Virus record (IMG/VR): IMGVR_UViG_3300017963_000263
DNA length: 20,000 bases
From: an uncultured virus (IMG/VR IMGVR_UViG_3300017963_000263)
Lineage: Duplodnaviria; Heunggongvirae; Uroviricota; Caudoviricetes
Reading direction: 5' to 3' (one strand)
Part shown: in pieces, positions 7,761 to 15,446 of the stretch
How the letters are laid out: each line of letters begins with the position of its first letter
Position numbering within the stretch: the stretch's first letter is position 1
Program-made: the position numbers and the translations under genes
Notes under the pieces: generated by a model
The model's input: the letters and a program-made list of their open reading frames with translations, nothing else
What the model was told of the DNA's origin: nothing
Database searches by the model: none

Positions 7761-8282
7761 CTATGTGTCGGTCAATATCTCGATTTCCAGCCGCGCCACC
7801 CAGTCCCACCGTTTTCGGAGCGTCCCGTCTCCAATCCGCTCGTCGCGCCTGAATAGGCAATCGAGCACGGCCTTGTCGACGTTGTCCCTGTCCGGTTTGC
7901 TCCGGTGTATCGTCCCCATCACTGCCACCCGCCGCTTCTTGGGCCACGACTTGGGCGGCTCAAAGTACGCTGTCCAGTTCACTTCGGCGACTTGCTCCTC
8001 AGCCGGGAGCGAATCGCCGACAGCCTCTCGCACGCGGTCGCACCAGTCGCGGTACCGCATCACGCACGGCCGTTTTTTCCACTTGTCGCGTTGGGTCATT
8101 CTGGGCTTACCGGGCGCAGGGCCGGGAACTACGATCCGCATGGTGCCATTGGGACGCGCCTCGACCGTGACCATCTCCGCGCGGCTCTTGTCGGCCTCGG
8201 ACAAGAGCCTGCCGTTGACCGCCGCCGTAGCAATTAGGGCTTCGGGTATGCCCATGCGTCGTAGTTCGTCGGCCGTGTTCAT
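7761..8282 (-). CDS. rusA: RusA-family Holliday junction resolvase
   Basis: KPRMTQRDKWKKRPCV...KPDRDNVDKAVLDCL...DERI catalytic motif. Confidence 0.85.
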   Translation of the reverse strand: MNTADELRRMGIPEALIATAAVNGRLLSEADKSRAEMVTVEARPNGTMRIVVPGPAPGKPRMTQRDKWKKRPCVMRYRDWCDRVREAVGDSLPAEEQVAEVNWTAYFEPPKSWPKKRRVAVMGTIHRSKPDRDNVDKAVLDCLFRRDERIGDGTLRKRWDWVARLEIEILTDT

Positions 8283-8698
8283 TCGCTCGTCTCCTCCAGC
8301 CTTGCCCTACACTCTTCCACCGTCGCCCCCTCTTCCAGCCACCCCAATACTTCGTCCACCTCGGCCTCGGTTACAGCGTCGGGGGCGCGCCGTCGTAGTC
8401 TATTGACTGCCTCTCGGTCGTAGTGCTCCGGGTCGGCGCGTTTCTTCAAGGCGAGTTGCACGGCGATTGGCATGCCTGACATCTCCTCGTGACACCCGCC
8501 GTTCAATCCTTGGCAGAGCTGAAGCCACGCGGCGGGGTGCTTCAGCGCCCGTTGCCGGTGAACGCCTCTTGGTATTTCGTGGCACTCGAAGCGCCATGGG
8601 CCTATGTCCTTGTCGTAACTGTTGCCGGTGAAACTGCTCCTGCCGCAAGCGAAACAGAACAAGTAAGTCCGGGCCCATTCCTTGCGGGTGATGGTCAT
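8279..8698 (-). CDS. HNH-like zinc-binding nuclease protein
   Basis: CFACG...ECHEI...LQLC...GCH; start MTIT overlaps the upstream TAA. Confidence 0.6.
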   Translation of the reverse strand: MTITRKEWARTYLFCFACGRSSFTGNSYDKDIGPWRFECHEIPRGVHRQRALKHPAAWLQLCQGLNGGCHEEMSGMPIAVQLALKKRADPEHYDREAVNRLRRRAPDAVTEAEVDEVLGWLEEGATVEECRARLEETSE

Positions 8699-8853
8699 TA
8701 GTCGTCGTTGATTAGTTTGACGCCCCAAAACAGCGCTATGCCGCCACAAAATACGAATGATGCAATGTTGCCTGGTGCAGGAAAGAACGGAATATTGATG
8801 CAAGCACATCCCAGAGGGATAAGAACTCCCAGCACATACGGTCCAGTTTTCAT
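8698..8853 (-). CDS. Small two-TM membrane protein (51 aa)
   Basis: Hand translation MKTGPYVLGVLIPLGCACINIPFFPAPGNIASFVFCGGIALFWGVKLINDD; AGGAG SD. Confidence 0.6.
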   Translation of the reverse strand: MKTGPYVLGVLIPLGCACINIPFFPAPGNIASFVFCGGIALFWGVKLINDD

Positions 8854-8866
8854 CACGTTTCTCCTT

Positions 8867-9475
8867 TCACGTCGGGGTAATGATTCGTCGATCAGGCCCG
8901 TCCAGAAAATGTTGCGTACCCGCCCCTAGCCGGCTCGCAATCCGCTTGTCGTACAATTTCTCCAGCGTCCCGAGCGTATGGTTGCTGATGTAGATCGCTG
9001 GCCGGTTGTCTCGCCAGTCAAGGAAGTGCTTCACCGCGTCGTATTCCCAACGGCCTCGGGCGTCGGCGTGAGTGTCCCGGGTGCCCAACTCGTCCAGAAT
9101 CGCAACACTCGGCATTCCCGGTCGGCCCCATGAGCGAGTCCACGGCGGCTCTTTTTCAGAATCAGCCATCAGGTCCAAGACGTTGCTGACCGTCCAGTAG
9201 CGGGCGAATTCCGCCAAGTCGCACACCACCAGCGCCGCCCGCGTTTTGCCGACGCCGACGGGGCCGTGAAGAAAAAGCGGCCACGCAGACTTGCCCGCAG
9301 TCAGTTCCCGCAGGACGACACGGAGGCCGTCATCGACGCCGGCGAGGTGTCGTTCCACATCGGGACGGACGCGGAACTTGTCCACTTTTCGCGGCGGCAC
9401 TCGCTCGAAGCAGCCGGGCCGGTCAGTGTACTCGGCCATCTGGGCGGTTAGGTTGCTGATTGGTTCGAGGGGCAT
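8867..9475 (-). CDS. DnaC/IstB-like AAA+ helicase loader
   Basis: Walker A GPVGVGKT, Walker B ILDELG, ISN, RIASRL, GPDRR; lies downstream of the initiator. Confidence 0.88.
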   Translation of the reverse strand: MPLEPISNLTAQMAEYTDRPGCFERVPPRKVDKFRVRPDVERHLAGVDDGLRVVLRELTAGKSAWPLFLHGPVGVGKTRAALVVCDLAEFARYWTVSNVLDLMADSEKEPPWTRSWGRPGMPSVAILDELGTRDTHADARGRWEYDAVKHFLDWRDNRPAIYISNHTLGTLEKLYDKRIASRLGAGTQHFLDGPDRRIITPT

Positions 9476-10064
9476 TGTTCTTTTCCCATGTGCGGACAGC
9501 GGCCCGCCAGTCTTTCATCGAAACACCGCCCTTGAGCTTCCAGCCCCGTGTGGCGTAGTAGTCGACGAATGCCTGGGGGTCGATCCCGTTCCGGCGCTCA
9601 GTGCAATAGACACGGACGTCCGCCACGCTGGGCGGTTGAAACCTATATGTATTCTTCTTCTCTTCTCTTCTCTTCTCTTCTCTAGGTAACGCTTTAGTAA
9701 CGGTCGCAGCGTTACCCTTTTTCGCCTTACATCGAGCCACTCGCCGCGACGTAAGTGCCCGCGTTTTAGCACTTTCGGAAATATGCCTCTCAAAGTTCGG
9801 GATGCTGATTCCGGCGTTCCCAATGTCCAACCACCCCGCTTCTTGCATTGCGGCGGCAAACCCGGTAACGCCGAGGTAACGGTCGAGAAACGTTTTGGTA
9901 ACGCCGGGTGCGTTACCATCTTTCGTCTGCTGGTCGCCCCAAATCCAAAACCGGAGGAGCTTACCCACCACCTCGTCCTCAGACAAATCAAGGGCCGCAG
10001 CGATGGCGATCACCGCTGGGTCGGTGGGCAGGTCATGTCTAACTTTCAGCCAGTCCCCGGCCAT
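9423..10064 (-). CDS. Phage replication initiator (replisome organizer-like)
   Basis: MAGDWLK N-terminus, EKRREEK linker, and C-terminal FQPPS...FVDYY...GW...MKDWRAAVRTWE domain. Confidence 0.85.
   Translation of the reverse strand: MAGDWLKVRHDLPTDPAVIAIAAALDLSEDEVVGKLLRFWIWGDQQTKDGNAPGVTKTFLDRYLGVTGFAAAMQEAGWLDIGNAGISIPNFERHISESAKTRALTSRRVARCKAKKGNAATVTKALPREEKRREEKKNTYRFQPPSVADVRVYCTERRNGIDPQAFVDYYATRGWKLKGGVSMKDWRAAVRTWEKNNAPRTNQQPNRPDGRVH
9653..9917. promoter_or_regulatory. Putative replication origin iterons within the initiator gene
   Basis: (G/A)GTAACG at 9685, 9696, 9864, 9875 and 9897; inverted CGTTACC at 9710 and 9911; (TCTTC)n tract at ~9653-9683. Confidence 0.6.
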
Positions 10065-10067
10065 CCC

Positions 10068-10598
10068 TCACTCCGTCATTTTTTCTTTAGCCGCCCTCAG
10101 CCGGACGGCGTATTCGATCCGCATGTCCACCAGTTCCTCACGGCTGAACTGCCGTGTGGTAGTCTTGAGTTGCTCCAGCCGCTCCACCGTCTCCTCCCCC
10201 CTCGCAAGCAACATCCACTCGCGGAACCGTTGCGGCGCACCACTCTCGTAGCGGTTGCACCGCGAACACTGGGGGGCCACGTTCTCTTCCTCGAACAGAA
10301 TCGCGTTCCGCCGAGATGCCAAAAAATGCCCGGTGTGAAATCCGCCCAAGCCGCCGCTCCACGGCCCCACCTTCCCGTAGGTGACACAGACGCATTCCCC
10401 TTTGTTGCGAGCAACCAGGGTCGGCTCCCCCTGTTTGATGCACCATTCAGAACGCGCTGGCTGGGCCGCGGCCTCTGCGCGGATCATTTGCTGAAACACC
10501 GGAGCCACGTACCTGCGGATATACGTCCCAGTGGAATACTGGCGAGCGGTATCGAGCATCCGTTGACGTTTGCGTTCGGCTTTCTCTTCGGGCATCAT
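10068..10598 (-). CDS. ninG: NinG/Rap-like recombination endonuclease
   Basis: FQQMIRAE...CVTYG...GHFLASR...FEEENVAPQCSRCNRYESG...GEETVERLE. Confidence 0.85.
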   Translation of the reverse strand: MMPEEKAERKRQRMLDTARQYSTGTYIRRYVAPVFQQMIRAEAAAQPARSEWCIKQGEPTLVARNKGECVCVTYGKVGPWSGGLGGFHTGHFLASRRNAILFEEENVAPQCSRCNRYESGAPQRFREWMLLARGEETVERLEQLKTTTRQFSREELVDMRIEYAVRLRAAKEKMTE

Positions 10599-10659
10599 TC
10601 GTCTCCCCAATGCGACTTGCCGCCTCACTCCATCTTCCCCAGGCAGTCGGCGGCGGTGC

Positions 10660-11286
10660 TCAGAACGGGATATTATCCTTCCCTTCATTCGCCGCTTCCT
10701 GCATTGCCGCATTAACAGGATCTTCCCTGGGCGCGTCCTTCTCGACCGCCGGCGGCTTCGGCGGCTTGCCTTTAGGGGTGGCAGCGTTCCGCTTCGCATT
10801 GCCTGCCAGGGCCCGCAGGGCCGCCCCGTGTTGCGTCTTGAGAGCGGCCACGGCTTCCGGGCTCATTTCCCGTTTTCCGCCAGGGGTGGCATCGTAGGCG
10901 TTCACGAAGGCAATCGGAAACTGGTTGTACTGGGCTCGCTCTGGATTCGTCTCTTCGTTGATAACCACTTGGCACGGCGTCGGCTGCCACGTCCGGCCCG
11001 TGAACGAATCAAAATCACCGTCCCATCCGGCATGGTCGATGAGATTTTGAACGGTGGATTCGTTCAGGCTGCCATCTTTCTTCACGAGCCATTGCAGCCC
11101 ATCGGCCTGCATTTCATATTCGGCCCACGGCACCCACTCGCCGTCCTGTCCAGCATCGGCGTCCCACATCTCGGTGAGTTGCACCGTGATGGACAACGGA
11201 ATAGCTCCGCTCTTGAAAGGGGCCATCAGGCAGTAGTCGGTAATCTGGGCACGGAACGTGCCCTCTCGATCGAGTTGTTGAGGCAT
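10660..11286 (-). CDS. Putative phage ssDNA-binding protein (DUF669-like)
   Basis: EGTFRAQIT N-terminus and acidic DNIPF C-terminal tail; lies in the recombination module. Confidence 0.65.
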   Translation of the reverse strand: MPQQLDREGTFRAQITDYCLMAPFKSGAIPLSITVQLTEMWDADAGQDGEWVPWAEYEMQADGLQWLVKKDGSLNESTVQNLIDHAGWDGDFDSFTGRTWQPTPCQVVINEETNPERAQYNQFPIAFVNAYDATPGGKREMSPEAVAALKTQHGAALRALAGNAKRNAATPKGKPPKPPAVEKDAPREDPVNAAMQEAANEGKDNIPF

Positions 11287-11288
11287 TC

Positions 11289-11498
11289 TTAATTCTCCTC
11301 ATCGTGAAAGTCTGTGCCCCGAGGCATTGGGGCGTTATCGTCACAACAACAGTTTTCCAACCACTCGTCACACTCAGGGCAAACGTCGTCTTCCATGCCC
11401 CATTCTTCACACTCGCAGTCTGCAAACATTTCTCCACATCCGTCGCAGATGTCCGTTAGGTCGTATTGGTCTGCACCATCGCCCATGTCATTCCTCAA
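11289..11498 (-). CDS. Small acidic Cys-rich protein
   Basis: Two similar units, CDGCGEMFADCEC and CPECDEWLENCCC; likely start is the ATG at ~11486 after GAGG. Confidence 0.6.
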   Translation of the reverse strand: MRNDMGDGADQYDLTDICDGCGEMFADCECEEWGMEDDVCPECDEWLENCCCDDNAPMPRGTDFHDEEN

Positions 11499-12357
11499 TA
11501 CCTAACAATTGTCGCCAAAGCGTAGCATCGCCCTGGAGATAAGGAATGGGGTCAAACGGCGTCCTGGACTTGGCCAGATAACCCGGCAATTCCTTGGAGT
11601 AAATGGTCCGTGTACCAACGCCTTTGCCCTTGCCCGCTTTGTCCTTCTCGCCCTTGCTGACACTGGTGTCGTAGCCGACGTAGAGAAGATGGGTGGCCCA
11701 TTCCCGAACCTTGAGGCGAATAGATGCTTTGCCTTTGCCGGAATGTTGAAGCCGTGGCGCAATTTGAATCCAGTCGTCTCCCATCGCGTTGGATACTACA
11801 TCAGTGCAATCATGGGCCGTGCAAATGATGTGCTTGCCGGTCCGAAACACCTTGTCAAGGTCCTGCAACAACTTCAGGAACGTGCCGTAAATGTGAGTGA
11901 AGCCTTTGCCCCAGCCGTAATCTTCGATGTTTTCGACCGTGCGTGGCTTGTCGACAGAATACTTGATATTGGCCAGGACCCACGCCGAAGCCATCTCTTC
12001 TGCCTTGGTGAAGCTGTCAATTACTACTGCTCCAAAAGGCTCCAGTAATGCGGTATCCAGCAAAACTGCCCGCAGGTCATTCCATGAGTCGATTTCTATA
12101 CGAGCCACATCGAGATGCCCTGTCTCGTTGTCAAGGTCGATGAATAACGGGGTAATGCCCACCTCCGACAACAACGAGCACAACTCCGACTTCCCGACGC
12201 CACCGGGGCCATAAATCACCGTCTTATGATGGGTGAGTGTTCGGCCGGTTTGGATTTTGAAATCCTTGGCCGCTGGCGTACTGTTGGCCGGTGGGGGCGT
12301 GCCCTTAGCCGGCGGCGGTTTCTTCGGTTTGCTCGGTGGCGGTGCGGTTGCCATCAT
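11488..12357 (-). CDS. Sak4-like AAA_24 ATPase (single-strand annealing recombinase)
   Basis: IYGPGGVGKS, FIDLD, VVIDS, ICTAH and LAKSR motifs. Confidence 0.88.
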   Translation of the reverse strand: MMATAPPPSKPKKPPPAKGTPPPANSTPAAKDFKIQTGRTLTHHKTVIYGPGGVGKSELCSLLSEVGITPLFIDLDNETGHLDVARIEIDSWNDLRAVLLDTALLEPFGAVVIDSFTKAEEMASAWVLANIKYSVDKPRTVENIEDYGWGKGFTHIYGTFLKLLQDLDKVFRTGKHIICTAHDCTDVVSNAMGDDWIQIAPRLQHSGKGKASIRLKVREWATHLLYVGYDTSVSKGEKDKAGKGKGVGTRTIYSKELPGYLAKSRTPFDPIPYLQGDATLWRQLLGIEE

Positions 12358-13393
12358 TCATCTCCAGTTCGGGGTGAGGATTGTCTATTACCTGAAAGCC
12401 TTCGGGCATCGGATCTACACTTGGGTCAAATCCGGTAGTACACAAATCAAAGTAGCTGCAATATGGACAGGTGTTCCGATTGACTGTTCGGAACCACCGA
12501 TTGTTTCGTTGCGCTTCCCGAATCGTCTGTTGGATTTCCCACAGCTCGTGAGCGCATTCTTCAAGCTCGCAATCCAGCCTGGGAATTTCGACACGAGCAA
12601 AGTAGAAATCCGGGCGAGCTGCAATGTCGTCGTTCAATTTCTCGCCCCATTCTTCGACGGTCATCGGGCGGGTGTTCAGAACGTAGCCTTTTTCCTTATC
12701 CGCTGTCTGGCGGGGTTCTCCGTTCTTCTTGAACACCCGCATGTTAGTGCGGTCAGTAACAATTTTGAGGCCGTCCTCGTCCGTCAACGGTACATCGGCC
12801 GGCTTGATGGTTGGCTTCCTTGCCACGTCGTAGAGAACCGTGGCCACGTCGTAGCCAAGCCTCCTGGCCGCGTTGACGTAGAAGCTGATTTGGTGGTCGA
12901 TACGAAGACGCTTCCACAACGGAGCATCAATGCCGATGTCTTCGCCAATCGTCTTGTGCTCCATCACGGCAAGCCGTCCGTCTTCCAATTTCACGATGCC
13001 GTCGATCTTCCCGGCCAACCGGAAAACAGTGGTGGACTTGCCTGTGGCGGGGTTCTCCAGCCCCAACTCGAAAGCCTTTTCAGCGGCGATGTATTCCAAT
13101 CCGTCATCCTGCCAACGCCAGTCGTAGCCACAGACAAGTCGCACCAGTGTTTCACATTCGTAATTCCAATCGGTTTCGTCGAATTGCTCGGGGCAATAGA
13201 GATAGGCTTTTCGGATGTATTCCACGGCTGAATCCAAATCCGTTACCAACAACTCCAGGGCCCGATGCCAGACACTTCCCATCCGCAATGCCCTCGCGTC
13301 GTACACTGGCCGAATTCGTTTTTCATAGCTCCACCAGTGCTTCTTGCGGCACGATTTGAAACAGTCTTGACGAGAATAGGTTAAGAGTTGCAT
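12305..13393 (-). CDS. PD-(D/E)XK exonuclease (RecB/Cas4-like)
   Basis: LTYS...SCRKKH, GSVWH, EKAF, GKIDG, EHKT, QISFY and C-terminal CPYCSYFDLC. Confidence 0.9.
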   Translation of the reverse strand: MQLLTYSRQDCFKSCRKKHWWSYEKRIRPVYDARALRMGSVWHRALELLVTDLDSAVEYIRKAYLYCPEQFDETDWNYECETLVRLVCGYDWRWQDDGLEYIAAEKAFELGLENPATGKSTTVFRLAGKIDGIVKLEDGRLAVMEHKTIGEDIGIDAPLWKRLRIDHQISFYVNAARRLGYDVATVLYDVARKPTIKPADVPLTDEDGLKIVTDRTNMRVFKKNGEPRQTADKEKGYVLNTRPMTVEEWGEKLNDDIAARPDFYFARVEIPRLDCELEECAHELWEIQQTIREAQRNNRWFRTVNRNTCPYCSYFDLCTTGFDPSVDPMPEGFQVIDNPHPELEMNDGNRTATEQTEETAAG

Positions 13394-13545
13394 GGCCGTT
13401 CTCCGTGGATAAACTCCGTGTCGTCTTCCCGAACCGCCTTGAGGGCCTGACGTCGCAGTTCGGCGTAGACTTCGGGGTGGGCCTCGTGGAATCGCCGGAA
13501 GGCATCCTTGCGGGCACCGTCGAAGAGGTCGAGTTGCTCGGTCAT
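13381..13545 (-). CDS. Small protein with N-terminal QLDLF clamp-binding-like motif (54 aa)
   Basis: Hand translation MTEQLDLFDGARKDAFRRFHEAHPEVYAELRRQALKAVREDDTEFIHGERPCNS; ATGA-coupled to csrA. Confidence 0.65.
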   Translation of the reverse strand: MTEQLDLFDGARKDAFRRFHEAHPEVYAELRRQALKAVREDDTEFIHGERPCNS

Positions 13546-13799
13546 CGGTCACGATTCCTCGGGTCCATCTCGAGGGAAATCGGATCAGGGCCACGAAACG
13601 AACCGTGCTTGCGCTCCATGTTCTCTTGGATGGCTGTGTCTTCGGGGCGTTCGGGCGGCACCTCGGCGCGGCGGATGTTGACATTGCGCGGGGCCTCAAT
13701 CCCTAGCCACACCGAGCCGTCGCACACCCACACCACCTCCACGACAATGTCTTCGCCGATGATGATGCGCTCGTGCCTCTTGCGGGATAGAACTAGCAT
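13542..13799 (-). CDS. csrA: Carbon storage regulator CsrA/RsmA homologue
   Basis: MLVLSRKRHERIIIGEDIVVEV...VWLGIEAPRNVNIRRAEV; AAGGAG SD. Confidence 0.93.
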   Translation of the reverse strand: MLVLSRKRHERIIIGEDIVVEVVWVCDGSVWLGIEAPRNVNIRRAEVPPERPEDTAIQENMERKHGSFRGPDPISLEMDPRNRDR

Positions 13800-14002
13800 G
13801 GGGGCTCCTTTCGCGTCGGCCGAATCTTGCTCTCGTCCCAGTAGCCTTGCTCAAGCTCCTCGGCCGTCACGCCCGGTTCGGCAACGATAGTGATGCGGTT
13901 GAACTTGGCACTAATGGATTCGTCTTGCGCGGTAGCAATCGCCGCCATCACCTTGCATGTTTTGGCGATGTTTTCGCCTGGCTCTGGTTCGTAGGTCTCC
14001 AT
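13793..14002 (-). CDS. Hypothetical protein
   Basis: METYEPEPGENIAKTC...AKFNRITIVAEPG; overlaps the csrA start. Confidence 0.6.
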   Translation of the reverse strand: METYEPEPGENIAKTCKVMAAIATAQDESISAKFNRITIVAEPGVTAEELEQGYWDESKIRPTRKEPPC

Positions 14003-14021
14003 CGTAACTTTCTCTGTGGGT

Positions 14022-14135
14022 TTACCGGCGACGTGCCGGTGTTTGTGGTTCTCGCGTCGGCCAAATCCACCCGACCACCGCCACGACAAACGGCAGACAG
14101 GCAAGTAGGGCGAGTGTGTAGTCGATGTCGGTCAT
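14022..14135 (-). CDS. Small single-TM peptide (37 aa)
   Basis: MTDIDYTLALLACLPFVVAVVGWIWPTREPQTPARRR; GGAGG SD. Confidence 0.55.
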   Translation of the reverse strand: MTDIDYTLALLACLPFVVAVVGWIWPTREPQTPARRR

Positions 14136-14142
14136 GGTTTCC

Positions 14143-14693
14143 TCCACTCCCCTCCCGGCCTCATGCCGGCGATGACGCAAGTAATTCGTCAACATCCTTG
14201 TTGGCCTCAAACGTCGACAACTCCTGTCGGCTGAAATGCAGGTGTTGCACCTCTTCACGGTACGCTTCTGCCTGGGCCACGGCCTCGTGTGCCAGATACC
14301 AGTCGGCGGGGCGTCGGTGCAAACTGCTTCGCATCCTCGCAATGGCCCGCAGTCGCCTATCACCAGCGTCATACGCTGCCAACAATGTTCCAACGTCTGA
14401 CCTTGCAGTATCTTTTAGTTGTTGGTGCAATCGCGTGTTTTCGGCATCAAGCCGCACCATGACCTTCTCGGCCCTGGCGATGTGCTTCAGACACGCCCTT
14501 TGTTTCTCTTCGAGGTGATGCACTTGTTCATTGGCCGCCTTCAGTTTGCGTGTCAATTCTTCTGCTTTTCGGGCCAACCGCTCGGCTTCTTCTTGGGCCA
14601 CGGCAACAGTTTGGGGCTTCTTTGCAACCACGTTTCACCTCCTGGTATCATTTGGAATTCATGGCTTCCACTCCCCTCCCGGCCTCATGCCGG
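14143..14693. repeat. Perfect 27-bp direct repeat (14143-14169 and 14667-14693) flanking one gene
   Basis: tccactcccctcccggcctcatgccgg in both copies. Confidence 0.95.
14161..14631 (-). CDS. Coiled-coil hypothetical protein
   Basis: AGGAGG SD with GTG start; E/K/A/L heptad-rich sequence. Confidence 0.75.
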   Translation of the reverse strand: MVAKKPQTVAVAQEEAERLARKAEELTRKLKAANEQVHHLEEKQRACLKHIARAEKVMVRLDAENTRLHQQLKDTARSDVGTLLAAYDAGDRRLRAIARMRSSLHRRPADWYLAHEAVAQAEAYREEVQHLHFSRQELSTFEANKDVDELLASSPA

Positions 14694-14790
14694 GTCGGGG
14701 CTGTCTCCAATCGCGTCGGGGATCAGCCGTAGCGACGTCAATCTCCCCGGGGATCAGCCGAGACGATACGCCCGGCGTCGTGCCGGGCTC

Positions 14791-15210
14791 CTAACCGTCC
14801 GCCTCTTGAGCCCACTCAACAAAATCACGCAGAACGTGCCAGATATAGTCGTAGCGACCGTCCACGTACGCCTGGGGCAGCCCTCGTTGATCCACAGCGC
14901 TCTGATTGCACCGGCCGAACTCGTGGTATACGTGTGGAAAAATGTGGTGCCGTACGATATCGCCGTCTTTTGCCTTGTCGCGGCTTGCAGGCTGTTGTCC
15001 GGCCGGCAAGTCAGCGCAACGCACGATGGATATTGGGCCGTAGATCGTTTCCCACTCGGCGGCAAAGTGGCCGTCGATATAGACGAATGACACGGTCTGT
15101 AAAACGTCTGTCTGTTCGCGCGTCCGTTTGTCTGGGTCCCATCTCGCGTTAATACACACTCGCCTGTGTTCATCTTGGGCTAACTGGAGTACGTTCTTGG
15201 GGTATGACAT
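14791..15210 (-). CDS. Hypothetical protein
   Basis: GAGGAG SD; start MSYPKNV. Confidence 0.7.
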   Translation of the reverse strand: MSYPKNVLQLAQDEHRRVCINARWDPDKRTREQTDVLQTVSFVYIDGHFAAEWETIYGPISIVRCADLPAGQQPASRDKAKDGDIVRHHIFPHVYHEFGRCNQSAVDQRGLPQAYVDGRYDYIWHVLRDFVEWAQEADG

Positions 15211-15233
15211 CAGTTTCTCCTCGGTTCTGTAAG

Positions 15234-15360
15234 TGCTCCCTGGCCGGAATTGCACCGGCTACCAGTTCTTATGCACCGTTCGCATTCGCTAGTCCCTGGT
15301 GCGTAACAATACCTGGCCTCGTGGGACTCGGGGCGCGTCGCTGTCCGCGCCGCAGGGGGC
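15234..15360 (-). ncRNA. tRNA-like element 2 with a giant variable arm
   Basis: Acceptor GCCCCCTG/CAGGGAGC (one mismatch), D stem GCG/CGC, stem CCCCG/CGAGG with 7-nt loop AGTCCCA, long CCAG...CTGG arm, T arm GCCGG-TGCAATT-CCGGC. Confidence 0.6.
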
Positions 15361-15446
15361 ACGCCCGGGCTTTCCCCGGGCTGGTTGCATTGTCCCGTCT
15401 CCTGTTTTTGGGGACCGCTGTGATACCATGTCTCTAACTTTGTAAG

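Noticed and set aside
9783..13231. Long plus-strand ORFs (9783-10715, 10570-11292, 12233-13231 and similar across the window)
   Set aside because: They are antisense shadows of well-supported minus-strand genes and lack recognisable motifs.
12305..13393. Cas4-like nuclease as part of a CRISPR-Cas system
   Set aside because: No array or other cas genes; it sits in the standard exonuclease-Sak4-SSB phage recombination module.
15234..15360. tRNA-Sec that would decode the TGA at 520-522
   Set aside because: The 8/5 stem geometry and long arm are suggestive, but there is no UCA anticodon and no extended D stem.
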